The position numbers and the translations under genes were made by a program. From contig CAYJQI010000001.1 in the NCBI GenBank assembly GCA_964372485.1, forward strand, positions 128,001-192,000: a DNA stretch of 64,000 nt, given 5' to 3'. This document shows, piece by piece, positions 46,300 through 55,699 of the stretch (the first letter of the stretch is position 1; each line of letters begins with the position of its first letter). This DNA is from an uncultured archaeon (GTDB lineage: Archaea; Aenigmatarchaeota; Aenigmatarchaeia; CG10238-14; SCSR01). The notes under the pieces were generated by a model. The model saw nothing but the letters and a program-made list of their open reading frames with translations. It had not been told where the DNA came from and searched no databases.

Positions 46300-47316
46300 A
46301 TGATTATACTAGCAGTGAGTGTATCAGTAGCTTTTTTTGTAACGTTATTTGTTACACCAATCATGATTCGATTTCTAAATAAAATTGGAATAGTTGGTAT
46401 TGACCAACATAAAAAAAATAAACCAGTTATAACATCTTCAGGCGGTATTTGTGTTGCTATAGGTGTTCTGAGTGGATTGTTGACATTTGTCGGATTGGAA
46501 ACATTTATTTCGGGTTATGATCCTTTTGTTGTAAATTTCTTAGCTATAATTTCATCTGTTTTGATTGCAACTCTCGTTGGTATTTTTGATGATTTGAATA
46601 TTGTTTCGCGAAAAGTTGTTACGAAAGGCGTTAAAGATATTAGAATTGGGTTACCTCAATGGGCAAAACCTTTGTTGACATTACCAGCAGCAATACCTTT
46701 GATGGTAATTAGTGCAGGAAATTCTGAGATAACTCTTCCATTGATAGGAATGATGGATGTTGGAATTCTTTATCCATTATTATTAATTCCAATCGGAGTT
46801 GTGGGAGCTAGTAATGCGGTTAATATGTTGGGTGGATTTAATGGACTTGAAGCAGGAATGGGGTTTGTATACATGTTTGGTATAGGACTTTTTGCATTGT
46901 TGTCACAAAATGAAATATCGGTTTTGTTTCTTGTCACTGCAGCTTGTTTACTTGCATTTCTTAAATTCAATTGGTTCCCGGCGAAAATACTACCCGGAGA
47001 TTCTTTAACATATTTGATGGGCGCGCTTCTTGCAGCTGGTGTCATTGTAGGAAATATGGAAAGAATAGGAGTGATAGTGATGATTCCGTTCTTCCTTGAA
47101 TTCTTTTTGAAAGCTCTATCAAGATTCAAAGCAAGTAGTCTAGGAAAACTTAGAAAAGATGGTACGATTGAGAATGTTTACGGGAAATACGCATTTAGTT
47201 TAACACATATTGTGATGATTTTGGGGAGGTTTAGGGAAAAACAAATAGCAGGAATTCTTATTCTTTCAGAAGTTTTGTTTGTTACGTTGGGATTTGTTCT
47301 TTATCTTTTCCAATAA
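46300..47316 (+). CDS. UDP-HexNAc:dolichyl-phosphate HexNAc-1-phosphate transferase (MraY/WecA/AglH family)
   Basis: 338 aa and polytopic. ..VGIFDDLN.. and ..ASNAVNMLGGFNGLEAG.. are the family motifs. Confidence 0.8.
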   Translation: MIILAVSVSVAFFVTLFVTPIMIRFLNKIGIVGIDQHKKNKPVITSSGGICVAIGVLSGLLTFVGLETFISGYDPFVVNFLAIISSVLIATLVGIFDDLNIVSRKVVTKGVKDIRIGLPQWAKPLLTLPAAIPLMVISAGNSEITLPLIGMMDVGILYPLLLIPIGVVGASNAVNMLGGFNGLEAGMGFVYMFGIGLFALLSQNEISVLFLVTAACLLAFLKFNWFPAKILPGDSLTYLMGALLAAGVIVGNMERIGVIVMIPFFLEFFLKALSRFKASSLGKLRKDGTIENVYGKYAFSLTHIVMILGRFREKQIAGILILSEVLFVTLGFVLYLFQ

Positions 47317-48807
47317 GATAGATTTAATTTTATTTGAATAATTGCTGATGGATGGAAATCTTTCTGAGATAAAGTCCAATACTTTTATTTCATTTTCATT
47401 GTAAAAGTTTAGGAAATACAGGACTATGAAATAAATTACTGTAAAGAATGCAGTTAAAATTCCACCCATTAGTAGATTAGGAACTTGGAATGAGAGAACG
47501 TATAAAATGTAAAAGGTTGCGAAGCTGCTTGTGAAGATTTTAAACAATCCCGGATAATCTACTTTGAATGCCATGTATTTTCCAAGGTAATACAAACTTA
47601 CAATAGTCATTAAAATTGTTGTTGATAGATACGCAAGAGATGTACCGAATGCGGAGAAGAAATATGTTAATGTTATTGAAGATATCAGATAGTAAATTGT
47701 AAACACTATCGAGATCATTTGAAATGTCATTGTTCTACCTATAGCATACAATGTTCGTGATAAGAGTGTGGCTACACCGAAAAATAATGAAGCAGTAACT
47801 AGAATTGGTACCATGCTTGCAGCGGGAAAGAAAGTAACTCTACCTATGAGGAATATTAATGGTTGTGGAAATATTGAAATGAAAAATAAAATCGGGAGAG
47901 ATATCAGAAATGAATATCTCAATGCAATATTTAGTAAACTGCGTTGTTGTTCTATAGAATTTTTATTTCCTGATAGTTTAGATGTTATAGGAAATAATGC
48001 ATCTGATATTATCCTTGGAATGTAGTAAATTTGACTTGCTAGAATCATTCCAACGGTAAAAAGGCCTGTTGCATAAGTGTCTTGCACTATTGTTATAATT
48101 AAATATTGTCCGCTTAGAAGCAACAACCAAAATATTTGAGTTGTAAACGATGGAATGGCATATTTCACAACTAATTTAATATCAGGCATTTTGAATTTTG
48201 TTACAATTTGTTTAATCACACCAATCCTAAGGAAGAATATTGAAAGAATTGAAACTGCATATCCTGTTAGAAATCCGAATATCTTAAAGCCGGCTACCAA
48301 AAGTGAACCAGACACTAGTAATTTGAGAAAATCACCTACTACTGCGGTAATTGAAAGATATCGCATATTCTGATATCCTCTAAGTATTCCTGCTAGGAAA
48401 AATGAAATTGAAAATGGAAGAAGAATTGAAACACTAAATAGAAAAACTGTGTGAGGGATTTTTAGTATACGAGTCATGTCGCTAGAAAATAACAACAAAC
48501 ATATGATTGCGATAATATTTAGGAAAATTGTGGTGAGCAAGAAAAACCATAGCACTGAATGAAGATAATTGTCTTTATTTTTTCCAGAATAGAAAGAAGT
48601 CAATCGTTGTGTTGTTTGCTCCATTCCAAAAACAAGTATGGATGCAAGGACGGCGCTGAAACTAATAGCTGTGCTCAATATTCCTAGTTCTTCCGGAAGT
48701 AAAGTCTTTGCAGCGAGTAATTGGAAAGTGAAATTAAGAATAATAGAGCCTATCCAACCTATTACTAGGTACAACGTGTTTGAAATTAATTTCCTACTTA
48801 CTTCCAC
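47266..48807 (-). CDS. oligosaccharide/polysaccharide flippase (Wzx / MOP superfamily)
   Basis: 513 aa with about 14 TM helices. N-terminus ..SNTLYLVIGWIGSIILNFTFQLLAAKTLLPEELG.. Its 3' end overlaps the convergent gene by 51 nt. Confidence 0.75.
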   Translation of the reverse strand: MEVSRKLISNTLYLVIGWIGSIILNFTFQLLAAKTLLPEELGILSTAISFSAVLASILVFGMEQTTQRLTSFYSGKNKDNYLHSVLWFFLLTTIFLNIIAIICLLLFSSDMTRILKIPHTVFLFSVSILLPFSISFFLAGILRGYQNMRYLSITAVVGDFLKLLVSGSLLVAGFKIFGFLTGYAVSILSIFFLRIGVIKQIVTKFKMPDIKLVVKYAIPSFTTQIFWLLLLSGQYLIITIVQDTYATGLFTVGMILASQIYYIPRIISDALFPITSKLSGNKNSIEQQRSLLNIALRYSFLISLPILFFISIFPQPLIFLIGRVTFFPAASMVPILVTASLFFGVATLLSRTLYAIGRTMTFQMISIVFTIYYLISSITLTYFFSAFGTSLAYLSTTILMTIVSLYYLGKYMAFKVDYPGLFKIFTSSFATFYILYVLSFQVPNLLMGGILTAFFTVIYFIVLYFLNFYNENEIKVLDFISERFPSISNYSNKIKSILLEKIKNKSQRNKQNF

Positions 48808-48819
48808 TATTCTCTACCT

Positions 48820-50343
48820 TCAATCGCTCCTCGGAATATGATCTATGATATAATTAAATTGCTTTTTAAAGATAGGTGATTTATTTGAAAAGTATCTTAC
48901 TATTTTAAGATCGTCCGAAGTTATGAATTTCAAAATTAAAAGAATCGAAACGTAAATTACACTACTCGCAACGGCAAATAAGATTTCTTCGAAAAAGTTT
49001 AGATTGCTTGGAATGACCAAAAGAAATCCGTAAGTTATGAGGCCTGAAATTATTATTTTTGCTAAACTTTCATAAGGTAATTGGAATTTCAAAAATTTCT
49101 TAATATTGTAAATACTGAATGTTATCAAAAGTACGGAATATATCAAATACGCATATGACATTCCATTAGCTGAGAAGAAATATGTTAATGGTATAGCCAA
49201 CAAAAGGAAAATTATAGAAGATATTATTGAAATGTTTCTTTGAATTTTAGGTTTACCGATTGCATATATGGTGCTGTTGAAAACCACACTTATTCCATAC
49301 AAAACTGCCGCTGCTGAAATTATAGGAATTAATTCAGATGCTGCCAAGTATTCTGGACCAGAGAATAATAAAATTAATTTGTCGGAAAACATGTTGAAAA
49401 ATATCAGAACGGGAATTGAAACAAATAATCCGTATTTCAGAACGAGATTGATAAAATATACTTGAGTTGTGTTTGATCCACTACGTGCAGATAATTGAGA
49501 TGTTATTGGAAAGAGTGCTCGACTCAAAATTCTAAACACCATAATGAGTACGTTGGACAGAATGAATGCTACTGAAAAAATACCAGTTACTTCAGGTGAT
49601 TTTATTAAACTGAGAATGGTAATTTGACCGTTTGTCAACAAAATTGTACTAATTGTAACTATAAAAGATGGAATAGCATACTCGAATAAAATGTTTTTCT
49701 TGTCAATATTCTTAACAGAGAGATCTAATTTGGGCAATAATCGAAATCGAAGCAATAAAACCAAAACAGTCCCAACACCAAATCCTATTATTGGACCTAA
49801 AAATTTGAATCCGAAGAACATGAGAACTATAGATAAACCGAGTTTTGCTGTGTTAGATATAAGATCGATGAAAAATAGACCTTTCATGTTCTGATAACCA
49901 GTTAAAATACTGAAAAATATTTGGGACAATGATGCAGAAATTACAATAGCTGATAAGAAATAAAATACATGCGCTGGAATTTCAAATAATTGGGATAGAA
50001 GTGGTGCACCAGCCACAAAAATTATTCCTATGATCAAACCTGAAAACAAAGATACTATTAGAGAGAACTTGATCAGCTCTTTGGCTTGTGTAAATTGTTT
50101 CTTTTCAAGATATTCTGGAAGAAGTTTTATGATCGCAATCGATAATCCTAGTCCAGACAGCCCAGAAAGCATGATTATCAAATTTATTGAAGTTGACGCT
50201 ACACCATAATCGGAAGGAAGTAGGAATTTACTTGCAGTAGACCAGAAAAATAATGACAGGGCTGAAAGAATGACATAATCTAATGACAGGAAAAAAGTAT
50301 TGGAGGCTAAGCGATGTTTAATCTTGTTGAGATCATTTCTCAT
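48820..50343 (-). CDS. oligosaccharide/polysaccharide flippase (Wzx / MOP superfamily), tandem paralogue
   Basis: 507 aa with about 14 TM helices. ..SNTFFLSLDYVILSALSLFFWSTASKFLLPSDYG.. is collinear with its neighbour. Confidence 0.75.
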   Translation of the reverse strand: MRNDLNKIKHRLASNTFFLSLDYVILSALSLFFWSTASKFLLPSDYGVASTSINLIIMLSGLSGLGLSIAIIKLLPEYLEKKQFTQAKELIKFSLIVSLFSGLIIGIIFVAGAPLLSQLFEIPAHVFYFLSAIVISASLSQIFFSILTGYQNMKGLFFIDLISNTAKLGLSIVLMFFGFKFLGPIIGFGVGTVLVLLLRFRLLPKLDLSVKNIDKKNILFEYAIPSFIVTISTILLTNGQITILSLIKSPEVTGIFSVAFILSNVLIMVFRILSRALFPITSQLSARSGSNTTQVYFINLVLKYGLFVSIPVLIFFNMFSDKLILLFSGPEYLAASELIPIISAAAVLYGISVVFNSTIYAIGKPKIQRNISIISSIIFLLLAIPLTYFFSANGMSYAYLIYSVLLITFSIYNIKKFLKFQLPYESLAKIIISGLITYGFLLVIPSNLNFFEEILFAVASSVIYVSILLILKFITSDDLKIVRYFSNKSPIFKKQFNYIIDHIPRSD

Positions 50344-50413
50344 AATAAGATAGAAACTAATTAATTTTTATGTTTTTGTACGTTATTTAAAGTGATCTGG
50401 CCAAGTGAAATAA

Positions 50414-51487
50414 ATGTATCCAAAAGTATCTTTACTCTGGGTGAACTATAACAGCTCGGAGTTCAAGAATGTCATCAAGGAATCTATTTCTAGCATTGAA
50501 AAGTTGAATTATCCTGATTTTGAACTGATTGTGATAGATGGTTGTTCAACAGATGATAGTCCAGATTATGTTTTGGGATTACTGAAGAAATCTAAATTAA
50601 AGTACAAGTTCATCAAACAGAAAAAAAATCTTGGATTACACAGTTCTTGGAATGTTGGTTATGAAGCGCTGAGTTCAAGGACAAAATATCTGATGCTGGT
50701 GAATAATGATGTTAAACTTTACCCGAATTCTGTGAAGGAGTTTGTTTCTAGAATGGAGAAGGACCCGAAAATAGGAGCTCTCAATGGAATAGAGTTTAGA
50801 TGGAATTCTAAAGTGGTTGATCATGCGGGAATGATGTTTGATGAGTTATTCACAACTACGCCATTGTCGCAGGGATATGAAGAAAAGGATTGTGAGAAGA
50901 AAGAACATGTGATATCAGTTGCTTCATCTGTTTTAGGGATGTTTAGAAGAAGTGCGACAGATAAATTGGGCAAGCCTTTGTTGGAAGAAAACATGGTCAG
51001 ACATTTTAATGAAACGATACTTGGAGCGAGAATTTGGAATGAAGGATATAAGATATTGTACGTTCCCATCAAAGTTGGGGAACATTATACAAGAATGATT
51101 AAGGAAAGTAGATCATTCAAAAGAATTTATTACGCCACACGAGGTTGGTTAACATTATTGTTCATATCAAACAGTCCTTACAAGAAATCTTTTCTACAAG
51201 ATTCATATTTAGCAAAGCAATTATTGAATCGCTTGATGAAAGGATTTGATTTCAAAAATTACAAGGAAGCAATAAGCTACTATAGAGAAGTTTCTAAAGA
51301 TGCTGAACAAAAGGCTGCAGGGTTGATGAAAAGGAAGATAAAAATCGACCTTTACAAAATACCTCACATAAAGGGATTTAGATATTATTGGGTATTTCCG
51401 AGAACTGTAACGAAAATGGTGCAGCCGAATAAAAAATTCACAGAATTGATGAAGAGCAAGTCGGTGTACATTCCAGAGGGAGTTTAA
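50414..51487 (+). CDS. glycosyltransferase family 2 (GT-A)
   Basis: 357 aa. VSLLWVNYNSSEF..NYPDFELIVIDGCSTDDS.. and ..LMLVNNDVKL.. Confidence 0.75.
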   Translation: MYPKVSLLWVNYNSSEFKNVIKESISSIEKLNYPDFELIVIDGCSTDDSPDYVLGLLKKSKLKYKFIKQKKNLGLHSSWNVGYEALSSRTKYLMLVNNDVKLYPNSVKEFVSRMEKDPKIGALNGIEFRWNSKVVDHAGMMFDELFTTTPLSQGYEEKDCEKKEHVISVASSVLGMFRRSATDKLGKPLLEENMVRHFNETILGARIWNEGYKILYVPIKVGEHYTRMIKESRSFKRIYYATRGWLTLLFISNSPYKKSFLQDSYLAKQLLNRLMKGFDFKNYKEAISYYREVSKDAEQKAAGLMKRKIKIDLYKIPHIKGFRYYWVFPRTVTKMVQPNKKFTELMKSKSVYIPEGV

Positions 51488-52365
51488 TTATTTCTCACAC
51501 AAAGTAAGTTAGTAACTCTACCTTTTTCAAATTTCTTTTTACCGGCGAGATAAGTTTTCAACAGATATTCTTTTGTTACTGGCTGTTTCTTTTCCCCATT
51601 AACATCATAGAATGTAAAATTATATTTTGACAACATTTCAAGATATTTTTCCGCATCAATGGCATATTGAAGTCTTTCTGGGAAGAATTCTGTGAGAATT
51701 TTCACGTTTTTATTTTTTGTAACGAGATTTTTCATCCCTTCGAGTGCTTTTCCTTCCGATCCTTCGATGTCCATTTTGATAAAATCAATGTGATTATCTT
51801 CATTTTTGAAGAAATCGTCCAAAGTTATCACATCCACTTCAATTGATTTGTCGCTCAGTGAAGAATCTACTATCTGACTGTTATCAGTATCTCCAGCAAG
51901 AAACAAATTGGTCTTGCCGGTCTTGTTTGAAACAGCTTTGTTCACACATATGATATTTTTGTATCCATTTTGATCGACATTCTTCTTTAGAATCTCAAAA
52001 TTACTTGGGTCTGGTTCGAATGCATAAACTTTACCAGATGGACCGACTAATTTTGCTGCCAATAATGTGTAATATCCTATGTGAGCTCCGAGGTCTATTA
52101 CCGTATTTCCGTTTTTAATTTCCGTTTTGAAAGTTTCAACCTCATTTTTCTCTCCCCAGCGGTTGAATAATGAAATATCATGACTAATATCACCTACATC
52201 GGTTTTAGGAAAGGAAATTTTATGACCTTCAAACTCGACATAATCCGGCTTTAGATTGGAAAAGAGGAATTTGTAGAATATACTTATTGGCCATATTCTG
52301 CTCAATCCTAATCCTGAAAATATTCTAACAAATCTCTTGAATATCTTGAACGATAAATTTCGCAT
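51484..52365 (-). CDS. FkbM-family methyltransferase
   Basis: 293 aa. VIDLGAHIGYYTL..YAFEPDPSNFEILKKN..IDFIKMDIEGSEGKALEGM. Confidence 0.8.
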   Translation of the reverse strand: MRNLSFKIFKRFVRIFSGLGLSRIWPISIFYKFLFSNLKPDYVEFEGHKISFPKTDVGDISHDISLFNRWGEKNEVETFKTEIKNGNTVIDLGAHIGYYTLLAAKLVGPSGKVYAFEPDPSNFEILKKNVDQNGYKNIICVNKAVSNKTGKTNLFLAGDTDNSQIVDSSLSDKSIEVDVITLDDFFKNEDNHIDFIKMDIEGSEGKALEGMKNLVTKNKNVKILTEFFPERLQYAIDAEKYLEMLSKYNFTFYDVNGEKKQPVTKEYLLKTYLAGKKKFEKGRVTNLLCVRNN

Positions 52366-52423
52366 AATAGATTAACTTCATAGCAAATATTAAAAAGATG
52401 TGACGTTTGCCAACAAACTGAAT

Positions 52424-52876
52424 CTATGAAGGTGCTTCTGGTGAATTTAAACTGTATGTCAATATTTTATATTCATTTGTTCCTTCCGGATTGAAAATTT
52501 CAAATGTATCTATAGATGAATAGTTGGTATATCTCACAAGATACTGCAATAAGATAAAGTCACCGCTTCCTATGGTACCTACTAATTGGTTATATTTGGT
52601 AACTTTCCAACCGATTAAATTATAGTTTTCTTCGTTCCCTAAAATCTCCTTAGAATCCGCCAATAGAGAAATCAATTGTTGCTTAGATGTTTCATTTGGA
52701 AGGGCTCTACTATCAAATAATTGTGATATAGCTTGATAGTCACCACTATTGTACTTAGTATAAAAGATATCTACGACTCCCATGGCGTTATCTTTTTGCA
52801 CATTAAATTGTTCGGAATCCACACATCCAGAAATGAAGATTATACCGATAATGGTAAATACATAAGCAAATCTCAC
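52424..52876 (-). CDS. putative lipoprotein, unknown function
   Basis: 150 aa. The signal-like N-terminus ends in the lipobox-like IFISGC. Confidence 0.45.
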   Translation of the reverse strand: MRFAYVFTIIGIIFISGCVDSEQFNVQKDNAMGVVDIFYTKYNSGDYQAISQLFDSRALPNETSKQQLISLLADSKEILGNEENYNLIGWKVTKYNQLVGTIGSGDFILLQYLVRYTNYSSIDTFEIFNPEGTNEYKILTYSLNSPEAPS

Positions 52877-53009
52877 ATTACTAAATGTGAAAACGATTTT
52901 AAATTTATTTATTACTGTTTCAAAACGACATTGACATACTATTTGCGATATTAAGGAATGATAGATAATTTCAATAAATATTTATAGTAGAAGTATCAAG
53001 TCTATTGGT

Positions 53010-53951
53010 ATGAAAATTCTTGTAACTGGAGCGGCCGGACACATCGGCAATCATATGACCCGATACTTGTTGAATCAAGGTCATGAGATAGTAGTCTTGG
53101 ATAATTTGTCTTTTGGATCTAGAGAAAATCTCAAGGATCTGGAAGGTAAGATAACATGGATACAAGGCGATATGAGAAAGATGGAAGATGTTATGAAGGC
53201 TATGGAAGGGGTGGATGTCGTTAACCACCAGGGAGGACCTTCTTCGATGCTGATGTATGTTGACGAACCTGTTGATAGAACTTATTCGACTGTCATCGGA
53301 TTTTTGAATATTTTGGAAGCAATGAGGAAGATGGATATTAAGAAAATTGTTTATGCAAGTTCGGGTGGAGTTTATGAAGGAAATCCTTGCCCTCATCATG
53401 AAAATTTACCTTTAAATCCTCCTGATTTGAAAGCTTTGGCAAAGAAATTTGTTGAAGATATGGCGAACTTGTACACAACTCAATATGGAATCAAGAGTGT
53501 TGGTATAAGACCATTCATGGTGTATGGTGATAATGAAAAATCTAAGGGTGAATATGCAAGTACAATTTCACTTTTTGTTTGGATGATGCTTAAGAAAGAA
53601 AATCCAACAGTTTGGGCTGATGGTAATCAGATGCGTGATTTCATTCATGTTGAGGATGTAGTTAGAGCATATGCACTTGCGATGGAGAAGGACTTTCCAA
53701 AGGCAGAAGTGTTTAATGCTGGTACTGGAGTTGAGACTAGCATGAATCAGGTGATTCAATACATCAACGAATATCTTGGAACAAACTACACTCCAATTTA
53801 CGTACCTCCAAAGTTACCTGTTTATACTAGAAGATCACTCGCAGATCCAACTAAAGCAGAAAAGGTTCTTGGATTCAAGGCAGAAATTCCTATCAAAGAA
53901 GGAATCGCACGAGTCATAAGAGCTAATGGTGGACCTGCTCAATCTGTGTAA
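53010..53951 (+). CDS. extended-SDR nucleotide-sugar epimerase-like protein (divergent active site)
   Basis: 313 aa. MKILVTGAAGHIGNHM is the Rossmann motif. At the position where I expect YxxxK the sequence reads KALAK. The antisense ORF 52971..53399 is rejected. Confidence 0.75.
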   Translation: MKILVTGAAGHIGNHMTRYLLNQGHEIVVLDNLSFGSRENLKDLEGKITWIQGDMRKMEDVMKAMEGVDVVNHQGGPSSMLMYVDEPVDRTYSTVIGFLNILEAMRKMDIKKIVYASSGGVYEGNPCPHHENLPLNPPDLKALAKKFVEDMANLYTTQYGIKSVGIRPFMVYGDNEKSKGEYASTISLFVWMMLKKENPTVWADGNQMRDFIHVEDVVRAYALAMEKDFPKAEVFNAGTGVETSMNQVIQYINEYLGTNYTPIYVPPKLPVYTRRSLADPTKAEKVLGFKAEIPIKEGIARVIRANGGPAQSV

Positions 53952-53994
53952 ATGGAAATAAGTTAAATATTACCCTAATCTATGCATCAACAAT

Positions 53995-54411
53995 CTACTC
54001 AAAAGTTATTTTACTGAGTATTCTATCGTCCTCACAATCCTTCTCAATTTTAAATATTAATGTATCGGGTAATTTCCCATTTTTCGGTATAACACCTTTT
54101 ATATCATATTCAAAATCAACATCCCATGCAATATTATATTTTTTTGCCAAATGTACCAAGGCTCTTATCCAAAATTCCGCATCAAGTAATATTCCACTAC
54201 TATCTTTAATGATATCTTCTTTTGCTCCAATTTTTGTCAAAAATTCGATTTTATTTTTGCCAAAATCACTCAAATTTCTTTTAATCGGTGGGGAAGGATT
54301 ATCATCATTCCAAAACCTTTTCAATTGAATTTTACCTATTTCATCGATCAATTTTTCTCTAAGATTATTTTCAGTGTGTCCTATTACTGTAAACCGTGCT
54401 ATTTGGGACAT
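53995..54411 (-). CDS. hypothetical protein
   Basis: 138-aa ORF with no motif I recognise. Confidence 0.4.
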   Translation of the reverse strand: MSQIARFTVIGHTENNLREKLIDEIGKIQLKRFWNDDNPSPPIKRNLSDFGKNKIEFLTKIGAKEDIIKDSSGILLDAEFWIRALVHLAKKYNIAWDVDFEYDIKGVIPKNGKLPDTLIFKIEKDCEDDRILSKITFE

Positions 54412-54450
54412 ATTACTTTCCTGAATTTATTAAATTCATCTGTTTATCTT

Positions 54451-55668
54451 TCATTCCACAACATGCGGTTCTGGATTAGGAACAATTATTTTTCCTGAAT
54501 ATCCTTTTGCTCTAAGTTTTGGTATAATATCATCCTTTATGTTCCAAGGCAGCAATAATGCATATTCTGGGTTGTCTTCGAACAATTTTGACTCGGGTAA
54601 TATTTTGATGTGCATTCCAGGTGAGTATTTACCGATTTTTAATTCACTAGTCTCTGCAAGATAATCGAGCATACTTGAATCAATCTTACAGAAATTCAAT
54701 AACGTTGTCCCTTTGGCTGGTGCTCCAATTCCCACTATTCGATGACCTTTAGATTTAGCATCGTGAAGTATCATTGTTAATTTCTTTCTGTTGTCATTAA
54801 CTCGTTTTCTAAAATTGTCAAAATTTTCATGAGAATTAAGATTCATTTGTTTTTCTTGTTCGAGTAATGACTTTACAGAATCTGAAATAGGATATGCGCC
54901 TTTCTTACAAGCAATTATACGAATTGATCCACCATGAGTTGGAATACGTTCTGCATGAAATACATCCATACCAAAACGATTGAAAAGATTCACAAGAGCT
55001 TCTACTGAATAATATCTGAGATGTTCATGATAAATGGCGTCGTACTGGAGTTTCTCTATCATATCAACAATGTAATGACATTCAGCTAGGAACACTCCCT
55101 TATCATCGAGAAGCAATTTCACTCCTTCAATTATTGAAGCTAGTTCCTTTGCATGAGGAATCAAACTTAATCCTGTTATCAATTTTGCTTTACCATGTTC
55201 ACGTAAGATTGATTGTGCAAGGTTTTCATTAAAGAAATCTTTGATCGTAGATATTCCATTCGCCATTGCAATATCAGCTACACTTGCTGGATCTACACCA
55301 AGAATTCTCATGTTTTGTTTTTTGAATTCCTGAAGTAATGCACCATCGTTGGATGCTATATCAATAACAAGATCTTTTTCAGTAAGAGTAAACTCTTTTA
55401 CAAATCTTTCAGCTAGAGATTTCATATGGACCAGAAGAGGTTTGTTGGAAGTGGACGTGTAAACATATTGGTCAGTGAAAAGAATTTTTGGATCGACTGC
55501 ATAACTAAGTTGAACGAGTTTACAATCTTCACAAAAGAATACTTTTAATGGATAGAATGTTTCGCTTTCGTTTAGTTTTTCTTCGGATAAGAATGCATCG
55601 CTCGGAGGTTGATGACCTAAATCGAGAACTTCATATGAATTAGAGCTCGAGCATATTTCACATTTCAT
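54451..55668 (-). CDS. NDP-hexose C-methyltransferase (TylCIII-like, N-terminal zinc ribbon plus class I methyltransferase)
   Basis: I start it at the internal Met (MKCEICSS..) because the track's extension to 55764 overlaps the upstream gene by 65 nt. MKCEICSSSNSYEVLDLGHQPPSDAFL..YPLKVFFCEDCKLVQL..LFTDQYVYTSTS matches the C-methyltransferase pattern. Confidence 0.75.
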   Translation of the reverse strand: MKCEICSSSNSYEVLDLGHQPPSDAFLSEEKLNESETFYPLKVFFCEDCKLVQLSYAVDPKILFTDQYVYTSTSNKPLLVHMKSLAERFVKEFTLTEKDLVIDIASNDGALLQEFKKQNMRILGVDPASVADIAMANGISTIKDFFNENLAQSILREHGKAKLITGLSLIPHAKELASIIEGVKLLLDDKGVFLAECHYIVDMIEKLQYDAIYHEHLRYYSVEALVNLFNRFGMDVFHAERIPTHGGSIRIIACKKGAYPISDSVKSLLEQEKQMNLNSHENFDNFRKRVNDNRKKLTMILHDAKSKGHRIVGIGAPAKGTTLLNFCKIDSSMLDYLAETSELKIGKYSPGMHIKILPESKLFEDNPEYALLLPWNIKDDIIPKLRAKGYSGKIIVPNPEPHVVE

Positions 55669-55699
55669 AGTATAAGTTGTGGGATGATAAATTCTTAAA

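Noticed and set aside
52971-53399. 142-aa minus-strand ORF
   Set aside because: Antisense to the SDR gene 53010..53951 (Rossmann motif GAAGHIG). The sequence is His/Arg/Ser-rich with no features.
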